Below are positions 14,416-31,454 of a stretch of DNA of 64,000 bases, one piece after another. Position 1 is the stretch's first letter; every line of letters starts with the position of its first letter. The stretch lies in assembly GCA_951406725.2 (NCBI GenBank), contig OX597837.1:41044001-41108000 (forward strand), read 5' to 3'. The position numbers were made by a program, and so were the translations under genes. Origin of the DNA: Octopus vulgaris. Taxonomy: Eukaryota. A model generated the notes under the pieces. That model made no database searches. It worked only from the letters and a program-made list of their open reading frames with translations, and had not been told where the DNA came from.

Positions 14416-14613
14416 GTATGTGTGTATGTATGTATATATATGCATGCTTAGATGGAGACATACAGCGACATAGGAACACAAAAAACTAGCTGGACAGTTG
14501 GAGAAGGGGGGACAGACAGACATATCGATAGATAGATAGATACATAGATAGATAGATAACGTGGCTCATTGGAATACACTATTCTCAGTATTCGTGTATG
14601 TATTTTTATGTTT

Positions 14614-14698
<85 letters not shown>

Positions 14699-15263
14699 TA
14701 TATATATATATATATACATGTATGATATTATGCTGTGGTTGAAGATCCGTTTTAGCCCTAGGACGGACCTCTATCACCACTCTAGTTCTAGCCGTGGAAT
14801 TCCTTTTCTATAAGGCGTTGTATATCTAGGACTACAGATCCACATCTTCCACGTTAATTAAAGACACTGTGACGAAATTCCAGGTACATTTGGCTACTAT
14901 TTCTAGCATATATATAACTAATAGTTTCCTTATTACCCATCATAAATTCTGTTGTCGTGTGATTCTACAGCTCGAAGTCAATGAACTGTGGCCAATCTGG
15001 AGCAAACTTAATGCTATTGTTCTTTATATCGATCATGTGTACTGTACCTGAAAACTTGTACACAACTTATCGATCCGGGATTGATGCTGAAAATGCAAGG
15101 CATGATGGGTGCAATCCGGATTTCGAGTATAAGGGGACAGAAGGAAAGTTCCACAACACATCATGGAGGATGCTCCACCGATTCGTCGGGACTGCAACCA
15201 CATGACTAGCTATTGTGTCGCACGTCACATCACTGCATACATCAATGTCCGTGTGGATAAGAT

Positions 15264-15303
<40 letters not shown>

Positions 15304-15656
15304 CGTATGTGTGTGTGCGTATTTATTTATACATGTACATGTAAATACCACATGCACATATGGATATATATATATATACATATACATATATGTGCATATA
15401 TATATATATACATATGTACATACATATCTAGATTCATACATATGTATATATGTATATATGTATATATATAAATATATACATAGGTATATATATACAATAG
15501 ATATATATATAAATACATAGACATATATATACACATATATATACATATATATATGTATATATGTATATATACATATGTATGTATATGTGTATATATATAT
15601 ATATCTATATCTATATATGTATATGTATATATATGTATGTGTATATATATACATAT

Positions 15657-15690
<34 letters not shown>

Positions 15691-15812
15691 GATAAATATA
15701 TATATATACATGCATATATATATATATTATAGTTAACTCTCCATTTAAAACCTATATTCTAACGTACATATGTACGCCACATCTCTAATATTCCTCCTCT
15801 TTTTCTTCTTTT

Positions 15813-15892
<80 letters not shown>

Positions 15893-15948
15893 TGATGATA
15901 ATAATAATAATAATGATGATGATAATAATAATAATGATGATGATGATG

Positions 15949-15996
<48 letters not shown>

Positions 15997-16089
15997 GTGA
16001 TAATAATAATAATGATGATAATAATAATAATAATAATGATGATGATAATAATAATAATAATAATAATAATGATGATGATGATGATGATG

Positions 16090-16180
<91 letters not shown>

Positions 16181-16264
16181 TAACAATAATAATGATGATG
16201 ATAATAATAATAATAATGATGATGATAATAATGATGATAATAATAATAATTATTATTATTATTA

Positions 16265-16313
<49 letters not shown>

Positions 16314-16365
16314 CATTATTATTATTACCATCATCATCTTCATCGTCATCATCATCATCATCATC

Positions 16366-16406
<41 letters not shown>

Positions 16407-16423
16407 CGCTGCTGCTGCTGCTG

Positions 16424-16477
<54 letters not shown>

Positions 16478-16478
16478 T
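15813..16478. repeat. Compound trinucleotide microsatellite (TAA/TGA)n to (TTA/TCA)n to (CTG)n(CTA)n
   Basis: Read directly; the tract switches orientation near 16250. Confidence 0.95.
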
Positions 16479-17321
16479 CATTTGGTTCTTTTTCCGGGGT
16501 GGAATTGATCTGTGAAGGGGGAACGTGAAGAATTTACCATAAAGTTAATTTAAAGTTAATTTATGCTTCGAATTCATCATTTTGAAGAATTTGCATCGCT
16601 GTTACATCAGTGCAAAGTAGAAGTCTGCGTTGAACATCATCGATGTATATATATATATAGATATATGCAAATGGTTTTCATAAGCTATGACTCCTGAATC
16701 AGCTTCGTTGCGATAACCCAAAAGCTATCATGAGAATTTTGAAATCTGTATCACTTATTTTTCTTATAGATGATGTTGTTAGCGACTACAGACATGTTGT
16801 ATTCAGGCTTTCAAATGTTCATTACAGAAAGTTCATCATATATGCTAGCCATATATACATGCATACATAGATATATACTTATATATACTTATATATATAT
16901 ACATGCATTTACATATATTATATATATATATATATTCATAAGTACAGGCAAATATATATATGTATACATATAGATGGAGATGTTTTATATATATATATAT
17001 ACTTATATACATGTATATACATATATATATATACACATACATACACATACATACATGTATAACTATATATATACACACACACTCATATATTTATATACAT
17101 ATATATGTGTGTATGTGTGTGTGTGTATAATGGTTGTGTCTATGTTTTGTTATGATTAAAACAAATTACATTTATCTGATGGGTCAATCTTTGACTTGCA
17201 GAGTGCAAATTTAATATTCTTGTAGAAAAATGGTGTTTACAGCGACTTCAAAATTTCGGCCAGCTAATCCATCTTCGGACTTCGAAGTCACTGTCAACAA
17301 CATTTTTGTACAAGGACAATG

Positions 17322-17870
<549 letters not shown>

Positions 17871-18011
17871 AAAATACATATATACATACATATACATACA
17901 TAAGGACAATATATTGAAAGAAAAAAATGGAAGAAAATGGAAAATGGATGTATGAATAATTTATTCGTATAATACAAAGATGATAGAACTTTCTAAAAAC
18001 ATAACGATGCA

Positions 18012-18043
<32 letters not shown>

Positions 18044-18074
18044 ACATACATAGATATATATATCTTTCTATATC

Positions 18075-18110
<36 letters not shown>

Positions 18111-18201
18111 TTGGTGAATTGAAGAAATGGAGTTGAACGAAGATTGAACAGAAATCGTTTTATGATTAATCTGCAACAAGATTATTCATCTTTCTATTTC
18201 A

Positions 18202-18254
<53 letters not shown>

Positions 18255-18753
18255 TGCACAGGACATATATATACGTGTGTGTGACTGTATTGTATTTCTT
18301 ATTAGGTTCCAGTATATGATCTTAATGTTGTGAGGGTTGTAATCATTTCCGGATCGAGTAGACTCTACGCAGTACCATTCTTCTTACTCCCTTCAAAATG
18401 CCATTCTCAAACATCTTGTTCACAGAGTCTTGATCTTTCCTCTTCAGTCTCCGAGCAGCATTCTTTCCAAATCATCAGTCGGAACGTTTATTCACCAGAT
18501 TCAACTCGGGCTTCCAGTATACATAGTTCTCTTTCTGCATGCATACATACACACATACATGCATGTGTGTCTACTCACCGATATCAATTCATATATATAA
18601 TACCCGAAGACTATAAATTATATTATATATTTTAAGTATACTAGCCACTGCTTTAAATTAATATATTTAATTATATATAATTCATAAATTAATATTAATT
18701 AGTAATATTTCTATCCATATTATTTATTATTATTTATATATACATATACATAT

Positions 18754-18787
<34 letters not shown>

Positions 18788-18828
18788 GATTACTCTTTCT
18801 CTCTCATTCTCTCTTTCTCTATCTCCCA

Positions 18829-18874
<46 letters not shown>

Positions 18875-19066
18875 GCAGGTACACAGGTGTATTCATATAC
18901 ATATGAGTGTGTAAATACCGTGTGTGCATATACATAAGTATGCAAATGTAATGTATAGATTTGCACACATTTATAGAAATATATACATACACTCATATAT
19001 ATATATATGCATATATAAGTATATATATATATATGTATGTATATATATATATATACATATATATAC

Positions 19067-19105
<39 letters not shown>

Positions 19106-19808
19106 TAAATTACACGTTTCAATACACATGAATATGCAGAAATAATACATAGACACTTATACATACATATATACATACATACATACGTACATGCATATAT
19201 ATGTGTATATATGTGTGTGTGTCCCTTTGTGCCTGTGTTTCTGTGCGTGTATGTATGTATGTTTATGTGCACACACTTCCACATGCACATATGTGTATAT
19301 ATTATACATATTGTGATACACATATGTGCATATGTATATCTAGATCCATATATATACGTGTGTGTGTGTATGTGTGTATATGTACGTGTGTGTATGTATG
19401 TGTGTATATATGTGTGTGAATAGTTTATGGGTGATAAAGAGAGGCATTTACGTTTAAGATGTTTAATTATTTGGCAAAATCATTAGCGTAAAGAATAGTT
19501 AATATAATTATTGATGATGTCATTTTTAGAATTTAATTATTTTAATTACTGTTCAAATATTTATGTTTGCTTTTATTAATGTTACATTTTTAGATGCATA
19601 TATATATACATATATATATAAATATAAATATATATATATCATATATATATATATCATATATATATATATCATATATCATATATATATATATATATCCTAT
19701 ATATATCATATATATACCTTTATATTATATATGTTTATATATGTGTGTGAGTGTGTGTGTATGTACTAGTATTTTCTATATATCTATATATGTACAAATT
19801 GAAGCATA

Positions 19809-19848
<40 letters not shown>

Positions 19849-19948
19849 TATGCATATATATATACATATATATACATATATATATATATATACACATATA
19901 TATATGTATATATATATATATACATATATATATACACATATATATATA

Positions 19949-19999
<51 letters not shown>

Positions 20000-20611
20000 A
20001 GATATAGATATATATATATTTGTCACCCGAGTGTAAATCAAAATTCCATAAATACTGTCTGTAAATTCTGTATTGACTCAGATGGAGCAATGTGTCGCTC
20101 AAGAAGGACTTTGGTTTGAACAATTTTCATGTTGTTTCATATATAGATGCTTTTATTAAACCCATTCAGTTGTTAAACATAAATAAATCTTGGAATTAAA
20201 AGGTTTTGATTTACTGTCAGGTGACTTTTGGCCAACATTGTGTGTGTATATATATAGTCATACATTTCTATATTTACAAAAACATACGTATATATAGAAT
20301 CCGTCACATACACACACTCTCATTCATATATATACATGCATGTGTAAGTATATGATATAAAAAAAAATCTGCTGTAGAACCACGTCCGTTTCGGTCGTGT
20401 CCTGTGCTACAATAACCTCCGTGTATACAAACATTTTGTAAGCAGAATTTGTAGGCAGAAACTGTGGCCAAGGTCTCGTCATATACATCCAGCGATACGC
20501 ACACAAACGCAACTACTATATATATATATACATACATATACATACATATATATACATACAAATGGCGGTGCCCCAGCATGGCCACAGCTCATGAGCTGAA
20601 ACTGGAAAAAT

Positions 20612-20643
<32 letters not shown>

Positions 20644-20646
<3 letters not shown>

Positions 20647-20848
20647 CGCGACGGGCGAAATGCTTAGCGGTATTTCGTCTGTCGTTACGTTCTGAGTTCA
20701 AATTCCACCAAGGTCAACTTTGCCTTTCATCCTTTCGGGGTTGATAAATAAAGTACCAGTTTCGCACTGGGGTCGATATAATCGACTCAATCCCTTCGTC
20801 TGTCCTTGTTTGTCCCCTCAATGTTTAGCCCCTTCTGGGCAGTAAATA
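20644..20848 (+). mobile_element. SINE family C (GGCGGCGAGCTGGCAGAA head), 5'-truncated
   Basis: B box GAGTTCAAATTCC and conserved central GCCTTTCATCCTTTCGGGGT.GATAAA..AGTACC; matches 46794-47039. Confidence 0.88.
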
Positions 20849-20880
20849 AATATATATATGATATATATATCCATATATAC

Positions 20881-20911
<31 letters not shown>

Positions 20912-20912
20912 C

Positions 20913-20983
<71 letters not shown>

Positions 20984-21043
20984 CTATGTTTATATATGAA
21001 TATATATATATTTATATATATGAATATATATGAATATATATAT

Positions 21044-21086
<43 letters not shown>

Positions 21087-21337
21087 TCGATGTAGATATA
21101 TGTATATATGTATGTATGCATATCATTGTGTTTGTAAGCGCTCATTTTTTCGCTGATGTGTTTAATAGAAACACCGCCGGATGAAACAAAAACCGGTGTT
21201 GTGTGAAAAAGTCTTACTCAGCGTTTATTGGACAATTAAAAGATCGATAAAAATAAATATCACCAGAACGAACAAATTACCGAGTTCGATTCGATCAATC
21301 TGAAACACGTCTGAAGGCGGTGTCCCAGCACGGCTGC

Positions 21338-21410
<73 letters not shown>

Positions 21411-21420
21411 TATAATAATC

Positions 21421-21631
21421 CTTCCTTTTATAGGCACAAGGCCTGAAATTTTGGGGGGTAGAGTTAATCGATTACATCGAACCAGTGTTCAGCAGGTACT
21501 TATTTCAACGACCTCGAAAGGAATAAAAGCAAAGTCAACCTCGGTGGAATTTGAACTTAGAACGTAGCGACGGGCGAAATACTGTTAAGCATTTCGCCCA
21601 GCGTGCTAACGACTCTGCCAGCTCACCGCCT
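21421..21631 (-). mobile_element. SINE family C
   Basis: Reverse complement of the family C head and centre (...CTGCCAGCTCACCGCC). Confidence 0.85.
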
Positions 21632-21658
21632 TAATAATAATAAGAAATAATAATAATG

Positions 21659-21947
<289 letters not shown>

Positions 21948-21967
21948 TAATAATAATAATAATAATA

Positions 21968-22146
21968 AACATACAGAAAATTGTACTACTAGGCACTGCA
22001 CACATCCTACGCAGAACACTTTCAATACAATAACCATCAGAGCATCACAACAAATCACAGCACATACCCAAGGCACACAGAGTTGCGCTCGGTAGTGAAG
22101 TGAAAGCACGCTATAAAAATAAAACTACTGAATAATGATAATAATG

Positions 22147-22231
<85 letters not shown>

Positions 22232-22237
22232 TGATAA
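21968..22237 (+). mobile_element. R4/Dong 3' end embedded in (TAA)n
   Basis: NIQKIVLLGTAHILRRTLSIQ* plus about 100 nt of UTR, with (AAT)n on both sides. Confidence 0.82.
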
Positions 22238-22419
22238 TTTTGGTACACGTTCGACGGAAGGGGCTTGTCGATGACGTGGACCCTAATACATAACTGGTAC
22301 TCATTTTGTCTTTGCCGAAATGCTGGTTCGCGGATATATTATTAAAATTTGGAGTTATGCATGGCCACCATTTTATTATCGCTACTACAACTAACATCCT
22401 TGTTCCGACTAATATTATG

Positions 22420-23175
<756 letters not shown>

Positions 23176-23384
23176 AAGCAGTGCGTGGCAAGCGATAGGC
23201 GAAGGGCGATGGGTCGATCGTGCATAGGTATCTCCGCAATCTGTGTCGTCCAACTGCACCGGTTTCACAAACACTTACACACACACACACACACACATGC
23301 ACACATACAAAGACACATAAATACATACAAACGTACGCTTGGACCGACAGATGGACCTACAAATAGACAAACAGCCAGCCAGAC

Positions 23385-23519
<135 letters not shown>

Positions 23520-23711
23520 CAGATAGATAGACAGATAGATAGACAGATAGATAGATAGATAGATAGATAGACAGATAGACAGATACATACATACATAAAT
23601 AGATACATACATACATAAATACATACATACATACATAGAAAGATAGATGCATACATATATACTATATATATATGTGTGTGTGTGTATGAATATATATATA
23701 AAGTTGGATAT

Positions 23712-23746
<35 letters not shown>

Positions 23747-23769
23747 CATATACACTCACACAGCTACGT

Positions 23770-23836
<67 letters not shown>

Positions 23837-24241
23837 CATATATGTACATATATATATGTGTATATATATATGTATATATATGTATATATATATACATACA
23901 TATATATATATGTATATATATATGTCTGTGTGTGTGTGTGTCTGCGTTTGTGCGTGTACACGTGTTCATGTATGTGCTTGTGTCTGTCTGTGATTGTACG
24001 GTATATGTATATGTGTGTGTGTGATTGTGTCTGTGTGTAACAGCCCTTCCGCACCGCTCCCTTCCCCACACATCTCAAAACACTCCACACTTCATTCCAG
24101 CGTTTCTTGCCTCGTGTAAAAACATTGGAATGAAAGGCAAAAGCCGGTCCTTCACTTCTGTTCACAATTACATTCACATCAGTTGTTGTTTCAATAATTG
24201 CAGGGGTGTTCAGTTCGGCCCCCGTCTCCATATATATGCGA

Positions 24242-24312
<71 letters not shown>

Positions 24313-24397
24313 GATAGGTATAAATGTATATATGTATATATGCATATATGACTATATATATATATATATATAAACATACTCATATATATATGCATAT

Positions 24398-24431
<34 letters not shown>

Positions 24432-24457
24432 ATATGTATATGTATATATACATATAC

Positions 24458-24497
<40 letters not shown>

Positions 24498-24571
24498 GCA
24501 TATATATATATACATATACTCATAGACACATATAAATATATATTTGTATTTATATTTATATAACACATACA

Positions 24572-24665
<94 letters not shown>

Positions 24666-24686
24666 TATATATATAATGGGCTAATG

Positions 24687-25091
24687 GGCACGGCAGTGGC
24701 TGTGTGGTAAGTAGCTTGTTTACCAACCACATGGTTCTGGGTTTAGTCCTACTGCGAGGCACCTTGGGCAAGTGTCATCTACTATAGCCTCGGGCCGACC
24801 AAAGCCTTGTGAGTGGATTTGGCAGACGGAAACTGAAAGAAGCCCGTTGTGTATATATATGTGTGTGTGTGTGTGCATGTGTGTGTATATATATGTGTAT
24901 GTCTCTGTGTTGTGTTTGTCCCTCCTCCATCGCTCCACAACAGATGTTTGTATGTTGTGCAGTTCGGCAGAAGAAACCGATAGAATAAGTACTAGGCTTA
25001 CAAAGAACAAGTCCTGGGATCGATATGTTCGACTAAAGACAGTGCTCCAGCATGGCTGCAGTCAAATGACTGAAACAAGTAAAAGAATAAG

Positions 25092-25092
<1 letters not shown>
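24687..25092 (+). mobile_element. SINE family B
   Basis: Aligns by eye to 17426-17870. Confidence 0.9.
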
Positions 25093-25122
<30 letters not shown>

Positions 25123-25189
25123 TCCTTCTCAAAATGAAAATACGGAAACTTAGATTTTAGTATTCTTCATATAAACTCTGATTGGATTA

Positions 25190-26770
25190 CACACGATAAA
25201 TCAATGAAATGACTTAGAATATTCCTTAAACAAACCATTAAAATCATATCATTTTCGTATCTCATCAAAGTCCAATCAAAATCATTGCTCCATCCCATGA
25301 AAATCTATTCAACTTCCCTTTAGTAGACCATTAAAATCTTTTCACCACACCTTTATATATTATTAAATTAACTTCACGACCCTATCACAGAACATTAAAT
25401 TGACTTCAACTCATCCAAAGTCCATTAAAATTACATCACCATGTAATCTGAGACCATTAAAATCATATTGGAGGCACATGGCCTAGTGGTTAGAGCAGCA
25501 GACTTGCGGTCGAGGGATCCCGAGTTCGAATCTCAGACCGGGCGATGTGTGTGTTTATGAGCGAAACACCTAAGCTCCACACGGCTCTGGCAGAAGGTAA
25601 TGGCAAACTTCTGCTGACTCTTTTGCCACAACTTCCTCTCACTCTTTCCTCCTGCATCTTGCAGCTCACCTTCGACGGACCGGTGTCCCGTCCAGGTGGG
25701 GAACCTATACGCCAGGAAACCGGGAAACCGGCCCTTATGAGCCAGGCATGGCTCGAGAAAGAACAAACAACAATTAAAATCATATCAGTACATCATGAGA
25801 TCATTAGAATTACACCAACATATCGTCTGAGGCCATTAAATTTACAAAGCTCAGCATATGAAGCCAATAAAATTACTTCAGTTTTCCATCGCAGAGATTT
25901 GAGATCACCTCACCACCCCAGGAAAGGCCATTGAAATCGATTCACCACCCCACCAAAGATCATTATAATCGAGTCCCCTCACAATCAGAGATAATTAAAT
26001 TGTCTTTACCACCACACCAAAGATATGTCCTCTTAGTATCCTGTCAAAGGCCTTTAAAGATCATCTTACCTCACCAGCACAAAGAATTGAAATTACTTCA
26101 CTACCCTATCACAAGCCATTGAATTGACCCCACCACCCAACAGTGAACCATTAAAATCACTTCAGCCGAAAATCACAAACCATTAAATTGACATCACCAT
26201 CTCATTAAAGATCATTAAAATTATTTCATTACTTTTTCACAAATCATTAAGATCTCTTCACCGTCTAACAATGGATCATTAAATCACTTCACCGCCTACA
26301 ACAGACCATTAAATTTACTGCACCATCCCATCACATACCATTAAATTCCTCTTCACCACTTAATCAGACTATTAAAATCACATGACCACCAAAAGCAAAC
26401 CATGAAATTCCTTTCACCACCAAAACAGAGGCCATTAAAATTATTCTACCTGTTCATCATAGTTTATTAAAATAACTTCCCCACCCCATCGCAGACCATT
26501 GAAATAGCTTCAACACCAAAACAAAAACACATCATTGACTTCATTCCATTATCGGACATCATCGATACTACTTCGATACACTACAACAGACAATTAAAAT
26601 CACTTCAGCACTTCACCACCGATCACCAAAATCTCTTTATCACCCTCATCATAAGACATTAAAATTGTTTCACCAAGCGATTACAGGCCATTAAAATCAC
26701 TCCAGCACAACACCGCAGACAATTAAAATCACTCCACCGACCATCACAAATCAATCGAACACATCACTTC
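25190..26770 (+). repeat. Degenerate ~31-nt minisatellite, approximate consensus GACCATTAAAATCACTTCACCACCCCATCACA
   Basis: CCATTAAA(A/T)T recurs about every 31 nt; a SINE interrupts the array. Confidence 0.85.
25469..25772 (+). mobile_element. tRNA-derived SINE with the family A head but a different tail; 13-bp TSD
   Basis: A box TGGCCTAGTGG, B box GTTCGAATCTC; TSD ATTAAAATCATAT at 25456-25468 and 25773-25785; (AAC)n tail. Confidence 0.9.
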
Positions 26771-26971
26771 TCTATCATTTATATATGTGCATATATACAC
26801 ACAGATATATAAAGACTAAGAAGGGAAGAATGAGAGAATAAGAGAATATGTCTCAGAGGTTCTCTTAAATCTCAAGAAGGAAGCAGGCTTCTCTCTTTCT
26901 CATTCTTTCTCTCTTTTTCTCTTTCTTTCTCTCTCCTTTTCTTTCTTTCTCTCCCAGTTATATATATATAC

Positions 26972-27595
<624 letters not shown>

Positions 27596-27744
27596 CATAT
27601 ATATATACATATATATATATGTATGCATATATATATACATATATATACATATATATGTATATATTTATATATATGTGTGTGTGTGTGTTATTATATGTAT
27701 ATATTTCAATACGAATATTCAGACACAGATGCATATCCGATGTA

Positions 27745-28551
27745 ATTGATTGATTTATACTGATATTCGATGAATAGTGAAATGATATCGATCTGTTTTA
27801 TATTTTGGTGGTGATGTGATTTTCATGGTCTGTAATTGGGTGGTGAGCAGAACTTTAACTGCATCTGATGGGGTGGTGATCTAAATTTAATGGCCCAATA
27901 TGGAGCGGTGAAGTGATTTAATGGTGTCTGATGGGATGAGGAAATGATGTTAATGGTTTGTGAAGGGATAGTGAAATGATTTTAATTATCTATAATGGGA
28001 TGGTGTCATCAATTTAATGGTCCGTTGTTGGGTCAAGAAATAATTTAAAGGTATTTGATGAGGGTGAAAAAGTGATTTTAATGGTTTAAAAAAAACAATT
28101 CAATACCCCAATTTTCTCGTTGGTATGTTGGGATGTCACTAAAACGCTAATTTTCTTTAGTGTTTACGAATCAGATCCACATTTTGAAATGGATATTGAA
28201 ATCGATTTGAAATTTTGGCACAATACCAGCAGTTTCCGGGGTGGGGGTGGGGGGAGAGACAGGTATTTATTTCGGCCTCAGAGCTCAACTGTTACTTTAA
28301 TCGATGAAAACGATTTTATCGTGTTATCGATGAAAACGATGAAAAAGTGATTTTAATCATGAAGAGGGGCAGGAGTGGCTGTGTGGTAAGAAGCTTGCTT
28401 CTCAACCACATGGTTCCAGGTTCAGTCCCACTGCGTGACACCTTGGGCAAGTGTCTTCTACTATAACCTCGGGCCAACCAAAGTCTTGTGAGTGGATTTG
28501 GTAGATGGAAACTAAAAGAAGCTCATCGTATATATATATATATATATATAA

Positions 28552-28585
<34 letters not shown>

Positions 28586-28970
28586 AATATATTTATGTGT
28601 GTATGTCATTGCGACTGTGTCTGTCCTCCGCCCTACCATCGCTTGACAACCAATTTTGGTGTGTTTACGTCTCCGTAACTTAGTGGTTCGGCAAAAGATA
28701 CCGATAGAATAAGTACTAGGCTTACAAAGAATAAGTCCTAAGGTCGATCGCTTCGAACAGAAGCTCTTTAAGATGGTGCTCCAGCATGGTCGCAGTTAAA
28801 ATGACTTAAAGAAGTGAAAGAATAAATCAATAAAGGCAGTGAAATATTTTTAATGATTTATAATAGGTTAGTGATGTTTGGCGCGGGTGGGGTGATAAAG
28901 TAATTTTAATGGTTTGTGAAGAGGTAGTGAAATTTAATTACTTTTAATGATCTATAAAGGGATGGTAACG
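27745..28970 (-). repeat. Same ~31-nt minisatellite in inverted orientation, interrupted by SINEs
   Basis: Recurrent ATTTTAATGG and GATGGGGTGGTGA are the reverse complement of the 25190-26770 unit. Confidence 0.78.
28366..28830 (+). mobile_element. SINE family B
   Basis: Full head, core, (TA)n and tail. Confidence 0.9.
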
Positions 28971-29099
28971 TCCATTTTGTGATACACAGTGGTACTACGT
29001 ACCTCCGTCGTAACCAAGGATTTTACACCGATATTGACTTAATACGGTACCTCAGTACCCTTCTAATCCGGGTATTGAGGTACTGCTTAATCTGGTCAT

Positions 29100-29550
29100 T
29101 TTCAGAACCATGAAAGACGAACATCGCTTCACTACCCGATCTCAAACCATTAAATTTTCTTCACCAACACATTCTACAGACCATTAAAATCATTTCACAT
29201 ACCATCACATTATCAATCAATCAATCAATCACTCAATCGATCAATCAATCACTTCAATACTCCATCACAGATCAATGAAATAACATCGATACTCTGAAGT
29301 GATCAATCATGATTTTTAACATTCCACCGAAGATTAAGTATATCAAATCAACAACAACGCGCCGATCAGAGATCAATAAACTGTTTAATAGGCTATTATA
29401 TCTCAATCACTTCCATTCGCTAGACTTATCAGAGATCAATGAAGTCGTTTGCAGCTCCTCCTCGCAGATCAATCATCTCTCTCTTCAAGACGCTGACACA
29501 AATCAATTAAAACACTTCAAAAACCCGCCACAGATCAATCAGATTACTCG
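29100..29550 (+). repeat. Third block of the ~31-nt minisatellite, forward and degenerate, grading into GATCAAT repeats
   Basis: AGACCATTAAAATCATTTCAC-type units resume after 29100. Confidence 0.65.
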
Positions 29551-29917
29551 ATGAATAATTATACAAGTGCGGTGTATATATATTATACACACACACATAC
29601 TCAAGCGCACACACACACATACATACACTCACACATATATAAATACACACATGAACATAGATATACTTGTGTGTGTGTGTGTGAGCATGTGTGTGTGTGA
29701 GCATGTGCATGTGTGCGTGTGTGTACGTGTGTGTGTGTGTGTGCGTGTGCGTGTGTGCTTATACACACACATACATGTAAACTCAGAGAAGAGGAGAAAG
29801 AATGTGAATATGTCTCAGAGGGTCTGATAAATCTCAAGGAGAATGCAGTAGGCCTCTCTATCTGTTTCTCTCACCCTTTCTCTCTCTCTCTCTTTCTCTC
29901 TTTCTCTCTCTCACCCG

Positions 29918-29960
<43 letters not shown>

Positions 29961-29964
<4 letters not shown>

Positions 29965-30092
29965 GAAAGAATAAGGAAGATTTAACGTTTCGAGCGGAGC
30001 TCTTCTTCAGAAACATAGGAAAAAGAAAGATCCAAGGGAGGGAAGACGGAGGAAAAAATCGCCAACGGTACACAAGCGGTCACATTTTGACC
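29961..30092 (-). mobile_element. Hammerhead-bearing short element (family H1, probable Penelope-like pLTR remnant), partial
   Basis: Homologous to 34525-34728 and 42097-42296; flanked by (TA)n. Confidence 0.8.
29980..30014 (-). ncRNA. Minimal type I hammerhead ribozyme
   Basis: Minus strand GTTT-CTGAAGA-A-GAGC(TCC)GCTC-GAAA-CG-TT-AAAT. Confidence 0.75.
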
Positions 30093-30097
30093 GCGTG

Positions 30098-30154
<57 letters not shown>

Positions 30155-30691
30155 TTATACAGGCCTGTCCTGCCTTGGGTTGTTGTTCTTTTTCCTCAAA
30201 TATAATATACACCTGCTGACTGGAAATCCTAATACGGAACCCAAGCTCCAGCCTCAGCCATGAACTTGGAACCTAAGGGATGACCAATTATAGCACTTAC
30301 TCAGCGTCCCTATTCGTTTAGATCACCAGTGAACTAAACCCGCCATATTTATCTCTCTCCCCCCCTCTCTCTCTCTCTTTCTCTCAATCGGTATATGTGT
30401 GTATGTGCATGCGTGTATGCACGAGTGCATGTGTGCGTATATCAATTATTTAAAAGCTGTGCACTCCATCCTTCACCGAGATAGTTAATCGAAAAGAGAT
30501 ATGTCGAGATATGCTTTGGAAACTTTCCCGTTAATAGCAGAAATATGTATAAATATACACATACAGGCATACATACATGCATATATGAATATATATATAT
30601 ATCAGACTACTTATCTCCACACATATATGTATACATGAACAGTCTAAATATATCGAATTGTATGTAATGTATACAAATATATGTGTGTGTG

Positions 30692-30729
<38 letters not shown>

Positions 30730-30891
30730 AGCTATCTATCTAATCACACACACGTATGCATGCATACACACACACAAAATATATATATATATATATATGT
30801 ATATGCATGTATGTATGTGTGTGTATGTGTATTTATGTCTATAGCTCTGGCATATGTATGTTATCCATTTATATATAGATATTATACACAC

Positions 30892-30940
<49 letters not shown>

Positions 30941-31017
30941 TATATATAATATATATATAAATATTATATATAATATATATATAAATATAAAATATATATA
31001 TATATATTTATATATAT

Positions 31018-31050
<33 letters not shown>

Positions 31051-31071
31051 ATAGAAAATGGGGATAGATAG

Positions 31072-31130
<59 letters not shown>

Positions 31131-31405
31131 GATAGACAAACTCAAAGGAAGAGAGACCGAACGATAAACAGCCAGAAAGTCAGACAGACAGCAGACAGAC
31201 TGACAGGCAGACGCAGAAAAAAATTCTGCGTGAAAGAGGCGGAGAGAAAGCCAAAAATGAAATAATTGAAGACAGTGGAATATTAAAAAGCAAAAAAAAA
31301 AAGAAAAAACTTGACAAAACATCCAACAGCAAAATTGTAAAAAGAAGAAACGATACACTTTTTGAACAACAAAACCTAAAATAAAGAAACATAGAAAAGC
31401 CGTGT

Positions 31406-31454
31406 CAGCCATATTTGTATGGCGGCCATATTTGTAAGGCAGCCATATTTCTAG
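31406..31454. promoter_or_regulatory. Tandem 17-bp repeat carrying three YY1/Pho-like GCCATNTT sites
   Basis: CAGCCATATTTGTATGG / CGGCCATATTTGTAAGG / CAGCCATATTTCTAG, including the overlapping ATGGCGGCCAT. Confidence 0.4.

Noticed and set aside
18330-18540. Minus-strand ETEEERSRL and similar charged stretch at 40140-40330, reminiscent of Helitron N-terminal repeats
   Set aside because: Short, interrupted by stops, and no Rep or helicase motifs nearby.
25190-26770. Regularly spaced repeat resembling a CRISPR array
   Set aside because: Units are contiguous and degenerate with no unique spacers, no cas genes are present, and the context is eukaryotic.
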